Positions 48,701-62,373 of a DNA stretch of 64,000 nt are shown here, in pieces. This DNA is from Nemertoderma westbladi. Its lineage: Eukaryota; Animalia; Xenacoelomorpha. The stretch covers positions 4,768-68,767 of the forward strand of contig JAUCBJ010009123.1 of assembly GCA_032718475.1 (NCBI GenBank), written 5' to 3'. A program made the position numbers and the translations under genes. Within the stretch, counting starts at the first letter, position 1. Every line of letters starts with the position of its first letter. A model generated the notes under the pieces. It was not told the DNA's origin. It worked only from the letters and a program-made list of their open reading frames with translations, and did not search any database.

Positions 48701-51700
48701 TAAAGTGTTAGGATGTTCTCTACAGTAGCATAAAGTGTTAGGATGTTCTCTACAGTAGCATAAAGTGTTAGGATGTTCTCTACAGTAGCATAAAGTGTTA
48801 GGATGTTCTCTACAGTAGCATAAAGTGTTAGGATGTTCTCTACAGTAGCATAAAGTGTTAGGATGTTCTCTACAGTAGCATAAAGTGTTAGGATGTTCTC
48901 TACAGTAGCATAAAGTGTTAGGATGTTCTCTACAGTAGCATAAAGTGTTAGGATGTTCTCTACAGTAGCATAAAGTGTTAGGATGTTCTCTACAGTAGCA
49001 TAAAGTGTTAGGATGTTCTCTACAGTAGCATAAAGTGTTAGGATGTTCTCTACAGTAGCATAAAGTGTTAGGATGTTCTCTACAGTAGCATAAAGTGTTA
49101 GGATGTTCTCTACAGTAGCATAAAGTGTTAGGATGTTCTCTACAGTAGCATAAAGTGTTAGGATGTTCTCTACAGTAGCATAAAGTGTTAGGATGTTCTC
49201 TACAGTAGCATAAAGTGTTAGGATGTTCTCTACAGTAGCATAAAGTGTTAGGATGTTCTCTACAGTAGCATAAAGTGTTAGGATGTTCTCTACAGTAGCA
49301 TAAAGTGTTAGGATGTTCTCTACAGTAGCATAAAGTGTTAGGATGTTCTCTACAGTAGCATAAAGTGTTAGGATGTTCTCTACAGTAGCATAAAGTGTTA
49401 GGATGTTCTCTACAGTAGCATAAAGTGTTAGGATGTTCTCTACAGTAGCATAAAGTGTTAGGATGTTCTCTACAGTAGCATAAAGTGTTAGGATGTTCTC
49501 TACAGTAGCATAAAGTGTTAGGATGTTCTCTACAGTAGCATAAAGTGTTAGGATGTTCTCTACAGTAGCATAAAGTGTTAGGATGTTCTCTACAGTAGCA
49601 TAAAGTGTTAGGATGTTCTCTACAGTAGCATAAAGTGTTAGGATGTTCTCTACAGTAGCATAAAGTGTTAGGATGTTCTCTACAGTAGCATAAAGTGTTA
49701 GGATGTTCTCTACAGTAGCATAAAGTGTTAGGATGTTCTCTACAGTAGCATAAAGTGTTAGGATGTTCTCTACAGTAGCATAAAGTGTTAGGATGTTCTC
49801 TACAGTAGCATAAAGTGTTAGGATGTTCTCTACAGTAGCATAAAGTGTTAGGATGTTCTCTACAGTAGCATAAAGTGTTAGGATGTTCTCTACAGTAGCA
49901 TAAAGTGTTAGGATGTTCTCTACAGTAGCATAAAGTGTTAGGATGTTCTCTACAGTAGCATAAAGTGTTAGGATGTTCTCTACAGTAGCATAAAGTGTTA
50001 GGATGTTCTCTACAGTAGCATAAAGTGTTAGGATGTTCTCTACAGTAGCATAAAGTGTTAGGATGTTCTCTACAGTAGCATAAAGTGTTAGGATGTTCTC
50101 TACAGTAGCATAAAGTGTTAGGATGTTCTCTACAGTAGCATAAAGTGTTAGGATGTTCTCTACAGTAGCATAAAGTGTTAGGATGTTCTCTACAGTAGCA
50201 TAAAGTGTTAGGATGTTCTCTACAGTAGCATAAAGTGTTAGGATGTTCTCTACAGTAGCATAAAGTGTTAGGATGTTCTCTACAGTAGCATAAAGTGTTA
50301 GGATGTTCTCTACAGTAGCATAAAGTGTTAGGATGTTCTCTACAGTAGCATAAAGTGTTAGGATGTTCTCTACAGTAGCATAAAGTGTTAGGATGTTCTC
50401 TACAGTAGCATAAAGTGTTAGGATGTTCTCTACAGTAGCATAAAGTGTTAGGATGTTCTCTACAGTAGCATAAAGTGTTAGGATGTTCTCTACAGTAGCA
50501 TAAAGTGTTAGGATGTTCTCTACAGTAGCATAAAGTGTTAGGATGTTCTCTACAGTAGCATAAAGTGTTAGGATGTTCTCTACAGTAGCATAAAGTGTTA
50601 GGATGTTCTCTACAGTAGCATAAAGTGTTAGGATGTTCTCTACAGTAGCATAAAGTGTTAGGATGTTCTCTACAGTAGCATAAAGTGTTAGGATGTTCTC
50701 TACAGTAGCATAAAGTGTTAGGATGTTCTCTACAGTAGCATAAAGTNNNNNNNNNNNNNNNNNNNNNNNNNNNNNNNNNNNNNNNNNNNNNNNNNNNNNN
50801 NNNNNNNNNNNNNNNNNNNNNNNNNNNNNNNNNNNNNNNNNNNNNNGATGTTCTCTACAGTAGCATAAAGTGTTAGGATGTTCTCTACAGTAGCATAAAG
50901 TGTTAGGATGATCTCTACAGTAGCATAAAGTGTTAGGATGTTCTCTACAGTAGCATAAAGTGTTAGGATGTTCTCTACAGTAGCATAAAGTGTTAGGATG
51001 TTCTCTACAGTAGCATAAAGTGTTAGGATGTTCTCTACAGTAGCATAAAGTGTTAGGATGTTCTCTACAGTAGCATAAAGTGTTAGGATGTTCTCTACAG
51101 TAGCATAAAGTGTTAGGATGTTCTCTACAGTAGCATAAAGTGTTAGGATGTTCTCTACAGTAGCATAAAGTGTTAGGATGTTCTCTACAGTAGCATAAAG
51201 TGTTAGTATGTTCTCTACAGTAAGATAAAGTGTTAGGATGATCTCTACAGTAGCATAAAGTGTTAGGATGTTCTCTACAGTAGCATAAAGTGTTAGATGT
51301 TCTCTACAGTAGCATAAAGTGTTAGGATGTTCTCTACAGTAGCATAAAGTGTTAGGATGTTCTCTACAGTAGCATAAAGTGTTAGGATGTTCTCTACAGT
51401 AGCATAAAGTGTTAGGATGTTCTCTACAGTAGCATAAAGTGTTAGGATGTTCTCTACAGTAGCATAAAGTGTTAGGATGTTCTCTACAGTAGCATAAAGT
51501 GTTAGGATGTTCTCTACAGTAGCATAAAGTGTTAGGATGTTCTCTACAGTAGCATAAAGTGTTAGGATGTTCTCTACAGTAGCATAAAGTGTTAGGATGT
51601 TCTCTACAGTAGCATAAAGTGTTAGATGTTCTCTACAGTAGCATAAAGTGTTAGTATGTTCTCTACAGTAAGATAAAGTGTTAGGATGATCTCTACAGTA

Positions 51701-54700
51701 GCATAAAGTGTTATTAGGATGTTCTCTACAGTAGCATAAAGTGTTAGTATGTTCTCTACAGTAAGATAAAGTGTTAGGATGATCTCCACAGTAGCATAAA
51801 GTGTTAGGATGATCTCTACAGTAGCATAAAGTGTTAATGTTCTCTACAGTAGCATAAAGTGTTAGGATGTTCTCTACAGTAGCATAAAGTGTTAGGATGT
51901 TCTCTACAGTAGCATAAAGTGTTAGGATGTTCTCTACAGTAGCATAAAGTGTTAGGATGTTCTCTACAGTAGCATAAAGTGTTAGGATGATCTCTACAGT
52001 AGCATAAAGTGTTATTAGGATGTTCTCTACAGTAGCATAAAGTGTTAGGATGTTCTCTACAGTAGCATAAAGTGTTAGGATGTTCTCTACAGTAGCTACA
52101 GTAGCATAAAGTGTTAGGATGTTCTCTACAGTAGCATAAAGTGTTAGGATGATCTCTACAGTAGCATAAAGTGTTAGGATGTTCTCTACAGTAGCATAAA
52201 GTGTTAGGATGTTCTCTACAGTAGCATAAAGTGTTAGGATGTTCTCTACAGTAGCATAAAGTGTTAGGATGTTCTCTACAGTAGCATAAAGTGTTATTAG
52301 GATGTTCTCTACAGTAGCATAAAGTGTTAGGATGTTCTCTACAGTAGCATAAAGTGTTAGGATGTTCTCTACAGTAGCATAAAGTGTTAGGATGATCTCT
52401 ACAGTAGCATAAAGTGTTAGGATGTTCTCTACAGTAGCATAAAGTGTTAGGATGTTCTCTACAGTAGCATAAAGTGTTAGGATGTTCTCTACAGAAGCAT
52501 AAAGTATTAGGATGATCTCTACAGTAGCATAAAGTGTTAGATGTTCTCTACAGTAGCATAAAGTGTTAGGATGTTCTCTACAGTAGCATAAAGTGTTAGG
52601 ATGTTCTCTACAGTAGCATAAAGTGTTAGGATGTTCTCTACAGTAGCATAAAGTGTTAAGTAGCATAAAGTGTTAGGATGTTCTCTACAGTAGCATAAAG
52701 TGTTAGGATGTTCTCTACAGAAGCATAAAGTATTAGGATGATCTCTACAGTAGCATAAAGTGTTAGGATGTTCTCTACAGTAGCATAAAGTGTTAGGATG
52801 TTCTCTACAGTAGCATAAAGTGTTAGGATGTTCTCTACAGTAGCATAAAGTGTTAGGATGTTCTCTACAGTAGCATAAAGTGTTAGATGTTCTCTACAGT
52901 AGCATAAAGTGTTAGGATGTTCTCTACAGTAGCATAAAGTGTTAGGATGTTCTCTACAGTAGCATAAAGTGTTAGGATGATCTCTACAGTAGCATAAAGT
53001 GTTAATGTTCTCTACAGTAGCATAAAGTGTTAGGATGTTCTCTACAGTAGCATAAAGTGTTAGGATGTTCTCTACAGTAGCATAAAGTGTTAGGATGATC
53101 TCTACAGTAGCATAAAGTGTTAATGTTCTCTACAGTAGCATAAAGTGTTAGGATGTTCTCTACAGTAGCATAAAGTGTTAGGATGTTCTCTACAGTAGCA
53201 TAAAGTGTTAGGATGATCTCTACAGTAGCATAAAGTGTTATTAGGATGTTCTCTACAGTAGCATAAAGTGTTAGGATGTTCTCTACAGTAGCATAAAGTG
53301 TTAGGATGATTTCTACAGTAGCATAAAGTGTTATTAGGATGTTCTCTACAGTAGCATAAAGTGTTAATGTTCTCTACAGTAGCATAAAGTGTTAGGATGT
53401 TCTCTACAGTAGCATAAAGTGTTAGGATGTTCTCTACAGTAGCATAAAGTGTTAATGTTCTCTACAGTAGCATAAAGTGTTAGTATGTTCTCTACAGTAA
53501 GATAAAGTGTTAGGATGATCTCTACAGTAGCATAAAGTGTTATTAGGATGTTCTCTACAGTAGCATAAAGTGTTAGTATGTTCTCTACAGTAAGCATAAA
53601 GTGTTAGGATGATCTCCACAGTAGCATAAAGTGTTAGGATGATCTCTACAGTAGCATAAAGTGTTAATGTTCTCTACAGTAGCATAAAGTGTTAGGATGT
53701 TCTCTACAGTAGCATAAAGTGTTAGGATGTTCTCTACAGTAGCATAAAGTGTTAGGATGTTCTCTACAGTAGCATAAAGTGTTAGGATGTTCTCTACAGT
53801 AGCATAAAGTGTTAGGATGATCTCTACAGTAGCATAAAGTGTTATTAGGATGTTCTCTACAGTAGCATAAAGTGTTAGGATGTTCTCTACAGTAGCATAA
53901 AGTGTTAGGATGTTCTCTACAGTAGCTACAGTAGCATAAAGTGTTAGGATGTTCTCTACAGTAGCATAAAGTGTTAGGATGATCTCTACAGTAGCATAAA
54001 GTGTTAGGATGTTCTCTACAGTAGCATAAAGTGTTAGGATGTTCTCTACAGTAGCATAAAGTGTTAGGATGTTCTCTACAGTAGCATAAAGTGTTAGGAT
54101 GTTCTCTACAGTAGCATAAAGTGTTATTAGGATGTTCTCTACAGTAGCATAAAGTGTTAGGATGTTCTCTACAGTAGCATAAAGTGTTAGGATGTTCTCT
54201 ACAGTAGCATAAAGTGTTAGGATGATCTCTACAGTAGCATAAAGTGTTAGGATGTTCTCTACAGTAGCATAAAGTGTTAGGATGTTCTCTACAGTAGCAT
54301 AAAGTGTTAGGATGTTCTCTACAGAAGCATAAAGTATTAGGATGATCTCTACAGTAGCATAAAGTGTTAGATGTTCTCTACAGTAGCATAAAGTGTTAGG
54401 ATGTTCTCTACAGTAGCATAAAGTGTTAGGATGTTCTCTACAGTAGCATAAAGTGTTAGGATGTTCTCTACAGTAGCATAAAGTGTTAAGTAGCATAAAG
54501 TGTTAGGATGTTCTCTACAGTAGCATAAAGTGTTAGGATGTTCTCTACAGAAGCATAAAGTATTAGGATGATCTCTACAGTAGCATAAAGTGTTAGGATG
54601 TTCTCTACAGTAGCATAAAGTGTTAGGATGTTCTCTACAGTAGCATAAAGTGTTAGGATGTTCTCTACAGTAGCATAAAGTGTTAGGATGTTCTCTACAG

Positions 54701-57700
54701 TAGCATAAAGTGTTAGATGTTCTCTACAGTAGCATAAAGTGTTAGGATGTTCTCTACAGTAGCATAAAGTGTTAGGATGTTCTCTACAGTAGCATAAAGT
54801 GTTAGGATGATCTCTACAGTAGCATAAAGTGTTAATGTTCTCTACAGTAGCATAAAGTGTTAGGATGTTCTCTACAGTAGCATAAAGTGTTAGGATGTTC
54901 TCTACAGTAGCATAAAGTGTTAGGATGATCTCTACAGTAGCATAAAGTGTTAGATGTTCTCTACAGTAGCATAAAGTGTTAGGATGTTCTCTACAGTAGC
55001 ATAAAGTGTTAGGATGTTCTCTACAGTAGCATAAAGTGTTAGGATGATCTCTACAGTAGCATAAAGTGTTATTAGGATGTTCTCTACAGTAGCATAAAGT
55101 GTTAGGATGTTCTCTACAGTAGCATAAAGTGTTAGGATGATTCTCTACAGTAGCATAAAGTGTTATTAGGATGTTCTCTACAGTAGCATAAAGTGTTAGA
55201 TGTTCTCTACAGTAGCATAAAGTGTTAGGATGTTCTCTACAGTAGCATAAAGTGTTAGGATGTTCTCTACAGTAGCATAAAGTGTTAGGATGTTCTCTAC
55301 AGTAGCATAAAGTGTTAGGATGATCTCTACAGTAGCATAAAGTGTTATTAGGATGTTCTCTACAGTAGCATAAAGTGTTAGGATGTTCTCTACAGTAGCA
55401 TAAAGTGTTAGGATGTTCTCTACAGTAGCATAAAGTTAGGATGTTCTCTACAGTAGCATAAAGTGTTAGGATGTTCTCTACAGTAGCATAAAGTGTTAGG
55501 ATGTTCTCTACAGTAGCATAAAGTGTTAGTATGTTCTCTACAGTAAGATAAACTGTTAGGATGATCTCTACAGTAGCATAAAGTGTTAGGATGTTCTCTA
55601 CAGTAGCATAAAGTGTTAGGATGTTCTCTACAGTAGCATAAAGTGTTAGGATGATCTCTACAGTAGCATAAAGTGTTAGGATGTTCTCTACAGTAGCATA
55701 AAGTGTTAGGATGTTCTCTACAGTAGCATAAAGTGTTAGGATGTTCTCTACAGTAGCATAAAGTGTTAGGATGTTCTCTACAGTAGCATAAAGTAGGATG
55801 ATCTCTACAGTAGCATAAAGTGTTAGGATGTTCTCTACAGTAGCATAAAGTGTTAGGATGTTCTCTACAGTAGCATAAAGTGTTAGGATGTTCTCTACAG
55901 TAGCATAAAGTGTTAGGATGTTCTCTACAGTAGCATAAAGTGATAGGATGTTCTCTACAGTAGCATAAAGTGTTAGGATGTTCTCTACAGTAGCATAAAG
56001 TGTTAGGATGTTCTCTACAGTAGCATAAAGTGTTAGGATATTCTCTACAGTAGCATAAAGTGTTAGGATGTTCTCTACAGTAGCATAAAGTGTTAGGATG
56101 TTCTCTACAGTAGCATAAAGTGTTAGGATGTTCTCTACAGTAGCATAAAGTGTTAGGATGTTCTCTACAGTAGCATAAAGTGTTAGGATGTTCTCTACAG
56201 TAGCATAAAGTGTTAGTATGTTCTCTACAGTAAGCATAAAGTGTTAGGATGATCTCTACAGTAGCATAAAGTGTTAGGATGTTCTCTACAGTAGCATAAA
56301 GTAGGATGATCTCTACAGTAGCATAAAGTGTTAGGATGTTCTCTACAGTAGCATAAAGTGTTAGGATGTTCTCTACAGTAGCATAAAGTGTTAGGATGTT
56401 CTCTACAGTAGCATAAAGTGTTAGGATGTTCTCTACAGTAGCATAAAGTGTTAGGATGTTCTCTACAGTAGCATAAAGTGTTAGGATGTTCTCTACAGTA
56501 GCATAAAGTGTTAGGATGTTCTCTACAGTAGCATAAAGTGTTAGGATGTTCTCTACAGTAGCATAAAGTGTTAGGATGTTCTCTACAGTAGCATAAAGTG
56601 TTAGGATGTTCTCTACAGTAGCATAAAGTGTTAGGATGTTCTCTACAGTAGCATAAAGTGTTAGGATGTTCTCTACAGTAGCATAAAGTGTTAGGATGTT
56701 CTCTACAGTAGCATAAAGTGTTAGGATGTTCTCTACAGTAGCATAAAGTGTTAGGATGTTCTCTACAGTAGCATAAAGTGTTAGGATGTTCTCTACAGTA
56801 GCATAAAGTGTAGGATGATCTCTACAGTAGCATAAAGTGTTAGGATGTTCTCTACAGTAGCATAAAGTGTTAGGATGTTCTCTACAGTAGCATAAAGTGT
56901 TAGGATGTTCTCTACAGTAGCATAAAGTGTTAGGATGTTCTCTACAGTAGCATAAAGTGTTAGGATGTTCTCTACAGTAGCATAAAGTGTTAGGATGTTC
57001 TCTACAGTAGCATAAAGTGTTAGGATGTTCTCTACAGTAGCATAAAGTGTTAGGATGTTCTCTACAGTAGCATAAAGTGTTAGGATGTTCTCTACAGTAG
57101 CATAAAGTGTTAGGATGTTCTCTACAGTAGCATAAAGTGTTAGGATGTTCTCTACAGTAGCATAAAGTGTTAGGATGTTCTCTACAGTAGCATAAAGTAT
57201 TAGGATGATCTCTACAGTAGCATAAAGTGTTAGGATGTTCTCTACAGTAGCATAAAGTGTTAGGATGTTCTCTACAGTAGCATAAAGTGTTAGGATGTTC
57301 TCTACAGTAGCATAAAGTGTTAGGATGTTCTCTACAGTAGCATAAAGTGTTAGGATGTTCTCTACAGTAGCATAAAGTGTTAGGATGTTCTCTACAGTAG
57401 CATAAAGTGTTAGGATGTTCTCTACAGTAGCATAAAGTATTAGGATGATCTCTACAGTAGCATAAAGTGTTAGGATGTTCTCTACAGTAGCATAAAGTGT
57501 TAGGATGTTCTCTACAGTAGCATAAAGTGTTAGGATGTTCTCTACAGTAGCATAAAGTGTTAGGATGTTCTCTACAGTAGCATAAAGTGTTAGGATGTTC
57601 TCTACAGTAGCATAAAGTGTTAGGATGTTCTCTACAGTAGCATAAAGTGTTAGGATGTTCTCTACAGTAGCATAAAGTGTTAGGATGTTCTCTACAGTAG

Positions 57701-60700
57701 CATAAAGTGTTAGGATGTTCTCTACAGTAGCATAAAGTGTTAGGATGTTCTCTACAGTAGCATAAAGTGTTAGGATGTTCTCTACAGTAGCATAAAGTGT
57801 TAGGATGTTCTCTACAGTAGCATACAGTAGCATTTTGTTGATAAGCCGCATAGCATTCTTAAAGATGCAGCTGCAAGCAGCATGCCGTCCTAGGATGTTC
57901 TCTACAGTAGCATAAAGTGTTAGGATGTTCTCTACAGTAGCATAAAGTGTTAGGATGTTCTCTACAGTAGCATAAAGTGTTAGGATGTTCTCTACAGTAG
58001 CATAAAGTGTTAGGATGTTCTCTACAGTAGCATAAAGTGTTAGGATGTTCTCTACAGTAGCATAAAGTGTTAGGATGTTCTCTACAGTAGCATAAAGTGT
58101 TAGGATGTTCTCTACAGTAGCATAAAGTGTTAGGATGTTCTCTACAGTAGCATAAAGTGTTAGGATGTTCTCTACAGTAGCATAAAGTGTTAGGATGTTC
58201 TCTACAGTAGCATAAAGTGTTAGGATGTTCTCTACAGTAGCATAAAGTGTTAGGATGTTCTCTACAGTAGCATAAAGTGTTAGGATGTTCTCTACAGTAG
58301 CATAAAGTGTTAGGATGTTCTCTACAGTAGCATAAAGTGTTAGGATGTTCTCTACAGTAGCATAAAGTGTTAGGATGTTCTCTACAGTAGCATAAAGTGT
58401 TAGGATGTTCTCTACAGTAGCATAAAGTGTTAGGATGTTCTCTACAGTAGCATAAAGTGTTAGGATGTTCTCTACAGTAGCATAAAGTGTTAGGATGTTC
58501 TCTACAGTAGCATAAAGTGTTAGGATGTTCTCTACAGTAGCATAAAGTGTTAGGATGTTCTCTACAGTAGCATAAAGTGTTAGGATGATCTCTACAGTAG
58601 CATAAAGTGTTAGGATGTTCTCTACAGTAGCATAAAGTGTTAGGATGTTCTCTACAGTAGCATAAAGTGTTAGGATGTTCTCTACAGTAGCATAAAGTGT
58701 TAGGATGATCTCTACAGTAGCATAAAGTGTTAGGATGTTCTCTACAGTAGCATAAAGTGTTAGGATGTTCTCTACAGTAGCATAAAGTGTTAGGATGTTC
58801 TCTACAGTAGCATAAAGTGTTAGGATGATCTCTACAGTAGCATAAAGTGTTATTAGGATGTTCTCTACAGTAGCATAAAGTGTTAGGATGTTCTCTACAG
58901 TAGCATAAAGTGTTAGGATGTTCTCTACAGTAGCATAAAGTGTTATTAGGATGTTCTCTACAGTAGCATAAAGTGTTAGGATGTTCTCTACAGTAGCATA
59001 AAGTGTTAGGATGTTCTCTACAGTAGCATAAAGTGTTAGGATGTTCTCTACAGTAGCATAAAGTGTTAGGATGTTCTCTACAGTAGCATAAAGTGTTAGG
59101 ATGTTCTCTACAGTAGCATAAAGTGTTAGGATGATCTCTACAGTAGCATAAAGTGTTAGGATGTTCTCTACAGTAGCATAAAGTGTTAGGATGTTCTCTA
59201 CAGTAGCATAAAGTGTTAGGATGTTCTCTACAGTAGCATAAAGTGTTAGGATGTTCTCTACAGTAGCATAAAGTGTTAGGATGTTCTCTACAGTAGCATA
59301 AAGTGTTAGGATGTTCTCTACAGTAGCATAAAGTGTTAGGATGTTCTCTACAGTAGCATAAAGTGTTAGGATGTTCTCTACAGTAGCATAAAGTGTTAGG
59401 ATGTTCTCTACAGTAGCATAAAGTGTTAGGATGTTCTCTACAGTAGCATAAAGTGTTAGGATGTTCTCTACAGTAGCATAAAGTGTTAGGATGTTCTCTA
59501 CAGTAGCATAAAGTGTTAGGATGTTCTCTACAGTAGCATAAAGTGTTAGGATGTTCTCTACAGTAGCATAAAGTGTTAGGATGTTCTCTACAGTAGCATA
59601 AAGTGTTAGGATGATCTCTACAGTAGCATAAAGTGTTAGGATGTTCTCTACAGTAGCATAAAGTGTTAGGATGTTCTCTACAGTAGCATAAAGTGTTAGG
59701 ATGTTCTCTACAGTAGCATAAAGTGTTAGGATGTTCTCTACAGTAGCATAAAGTGTTAGGATGTTCTCTACAGTAGCATAAAGTGTTAGGATGTTCTCTA
59801 CAGTAGCATAAAGTGTTAGGATGTTCTCTACAGTAGCATAAAGTGTTAGGATGTTCTCTACAGTAGCATAAAGTGTTAGGATGTTCTCTACAGTAGCATA
59901 AAGTGTTAGGATGTTCTCTACAGTAGCATAAAGTGTTAGGATGTTCTCTACAGTAGCATAAAGTGTTAGGATGTTCTCTACAGTAGCATAAAGTGTTAGG
60001 ATGTTCTCTACAGTAGCATAAAGTGTTAGGATGTTCTCTACAGTAGCATAAAGTGTTAGGATGTTCTCTACAGTAGCATAAAGTGTTAGGATGTTCTCTA
60101 CAGTAGCATAAAGTGTTAGGATGTTCTCTACAGTAGCATAAAGTGTTAGGATGTTCTCTACAGTAGCATAAAGTGTTAGGATGTTCTCTACAGTAGCATA
60201 AAGTGTTAGGATGTTCTCTACAGTAGCATAAAGTGTTAGGATGTTCTCTACAGTAGCATAAAGTGTTAGGATGTTCTCTACAGTAGCATAAAGTGTTAGG
60301 ATGTTCTCTACAGTAGCATAAAGTGTTAGGATGTTCTCTACAGTAGCATAAAGTGTTAGGATGTTCTCTACAGTAGCATAAAGTGTTAGGATGTTCTCTA
60401 CAGTAGCATAAAGTGTTAGGATGTTCTCTACAGTAGCATAAAGTGTTAGGATGTTCTCTACAGTAGCATAAAGTGTTAGGATGTTCTCTACAGTAGCATA
60501 AAGTGTTAGGATGTTCTCTACAGTAGCATAAAGTGTTAGGATGTTCTCTACAGTAGCATAAAGTGTTAGGATGTTCTCTACAGTAGCATAAAGTGTTAGG
60601 ATGTTCTCTACAGTAGCATAAAGTGTTAGGATGTTCTCTACAGTAGCATAAAGTGTTAGGATGTTCTCTACAGTAGCATAAAGTGTTAGGATGTTCTCTA

Positions 60701-61966
60701 CAGTAGCATAAAGTGTTAGGATGTTCTCTACAGTAGCATAAAGTGTTAGGATGTTCTCTACAGTAGCATAAAGTGTTAGGATGTTCTCTACAGTAGCATA
60801 AAGTGTTAGGATGTTCTCTACAGTAGCATAAAGTGTTAGGATGTTCTCTACAGTAGCATAAAGTGTTAGGATGTTCTCTACAGTAGCATAAAGTGTTAGG
60901 ATGTTCTCTACAGTAGCATAAAGTGTTAGGATGTTCTCTACAGTAGCATAAAGTGTTAGGATGTTCTCTACAGTAGCATAAAGTGTTAGGATGTTCTCTA
61001 CAGTAGCATAAAGTGTTAGGATGTTCTCTACAGTAGCATAAAGTGTTAGGATGTTCTCTACAGTAGCATAAAGTGTTAGGATGTTCTCTACAGTAGCATA
61101 AAGTGTTAGGATGTTCTCTACAGTAGCATAAAGTGTTAGGATGTTCTCTACAGTAGCATAAAGTGTTAGGATGTTCTCTACAGTAGCATAAAGTGTTAGG
61201 ATGTTCTCTACAGTAGCATAAAGTGTTAGGATGTTCTCTACAGTAGCATAAAGTGTTAGGATGTTCTCTACAGTAGCATAAAGTGTTAGGATGTTCTCTA
61301 CAGTAGCATAAAGTGTTAGGATGTTCTCTACAGTAGCATAAAGTAGGATGTTCTCTACAGTAGCATAAAGTGTTAGGATGTTCTCTACAGTAGCATAAAG
61401 TGTTAGGATGTTCTCTACAGTAGCATAAAGTGTTAGGATGTTCTCTACAGTAGCATAAAGTGTTAGGATGTTCTCTACAGTAGCATAAAGTGTTAGGATG
61501 TTCTCTACAGTAGCATAAAGTGTTAGGATGTTCTCTACAGTAGCATAAAGTGTTAGGATGTTCTCTACAGTAGCATAAAGTGTTAGGATGTTCTCTACAG
61601 TAGCATAAAGTGTTAGGATGTTCTCTACAGTAGCATAAAGTGTTAGGATGTTCTCTACAGTAGCATAAAGTGTTAGGATGTTCTCTACAGTAGCATAAAG
61701 TGTTAGGATGTTCTCTACAGTAGCATAAAGTGTTAGGATGTTCTCTACAGTAGCATAAAGTGTTAGGATGTTCTCTACAGTAGCATAAAGTGTTAGGATG
61801 TTCTCTACAGTAGCATAAAGTGTTAGGATGTTCTCTACAGTAGCATAAAGTGTTAGGATGTTCTCTACAGTAGCATAAAGTGTTAGGATGTTCTCTACAG
61901 TAGCATAAAGTGTTAGGATGTTCTCTACAGTAGCATAAAGTGTTAGGATGTTCTCTACAGTAGCAT
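42767..61966 (+). repeat. 30-bp satellite, main array (>19 kb) with an assembly gap and a short island at ~57834-57890
   Basis: Directly visible period of 30. Confidence 0.97.
50747..50846. other. Assembly gap (100 N); true array length unknown
   Basis: Run of 100 n. Confidence 1.
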
Positions 61967-62101
61967 CGCAAGGTGTCTAGATGTCCATTTCATACCGACT
62001 CTGTAATTATTATTTGTTTGTTGTTGAGGCTCCATTGTTTCTTATATTATTAGATAGGCCTGCCTTACGATTATAATTCTGGATCGGATTTATGATTTAT
62101 G

Positions 62102-62373
62102 GAGACAGGGGGGGGGGGGGGGGGGGGGGTTGGGCGCAAAACCCGCCTTGGCGAATTAATATTCCGCCTCAATGTTAAATTCTCAATTTAGGGAAAGGAA
62201 CAGGTTACAGTGGAACGTTATTTTAACCAAAACAATAAACTGAACACAATTGAACAGTTTACAGTTTTATTTTTGAGAATAATCAGCTGTTATTTGCGTC
62301 GAATTTCCCCTGGAGAAGGATGAATTTTTATTGCGTCCAGTTCCCCCCCCCCCCCCCCCCTCCCTCCTATCTG
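62102..62373. mobile_element. ~270-bp MITE with poly-G/poly-C subterminal tracts, copy 2
   Basis: Homologous to 1459..1718. Ends GAGACAGGGG...CCTATCTG. Near-TSD GATTTATG / GATTATG. Confidence 0.75.

Noticed and set aside
40429-61966. Telomere-like TTAGG in the 30-bp monomer
   Set aside because: Only one pentamer per unit, not tandem TTAGG, and genes flank both sides of the array.
40304-61971. Very long ORFs of (TLCYCREHPN)n / (LYATVENILT)n, up to 1370 aa
   Set aside because: These are an arithmetic consequence of a 30-bp monomer lacking stops in two frames. Single-base indel variants switch frames freely, and there are no unique domains or synonymous-biased variation.
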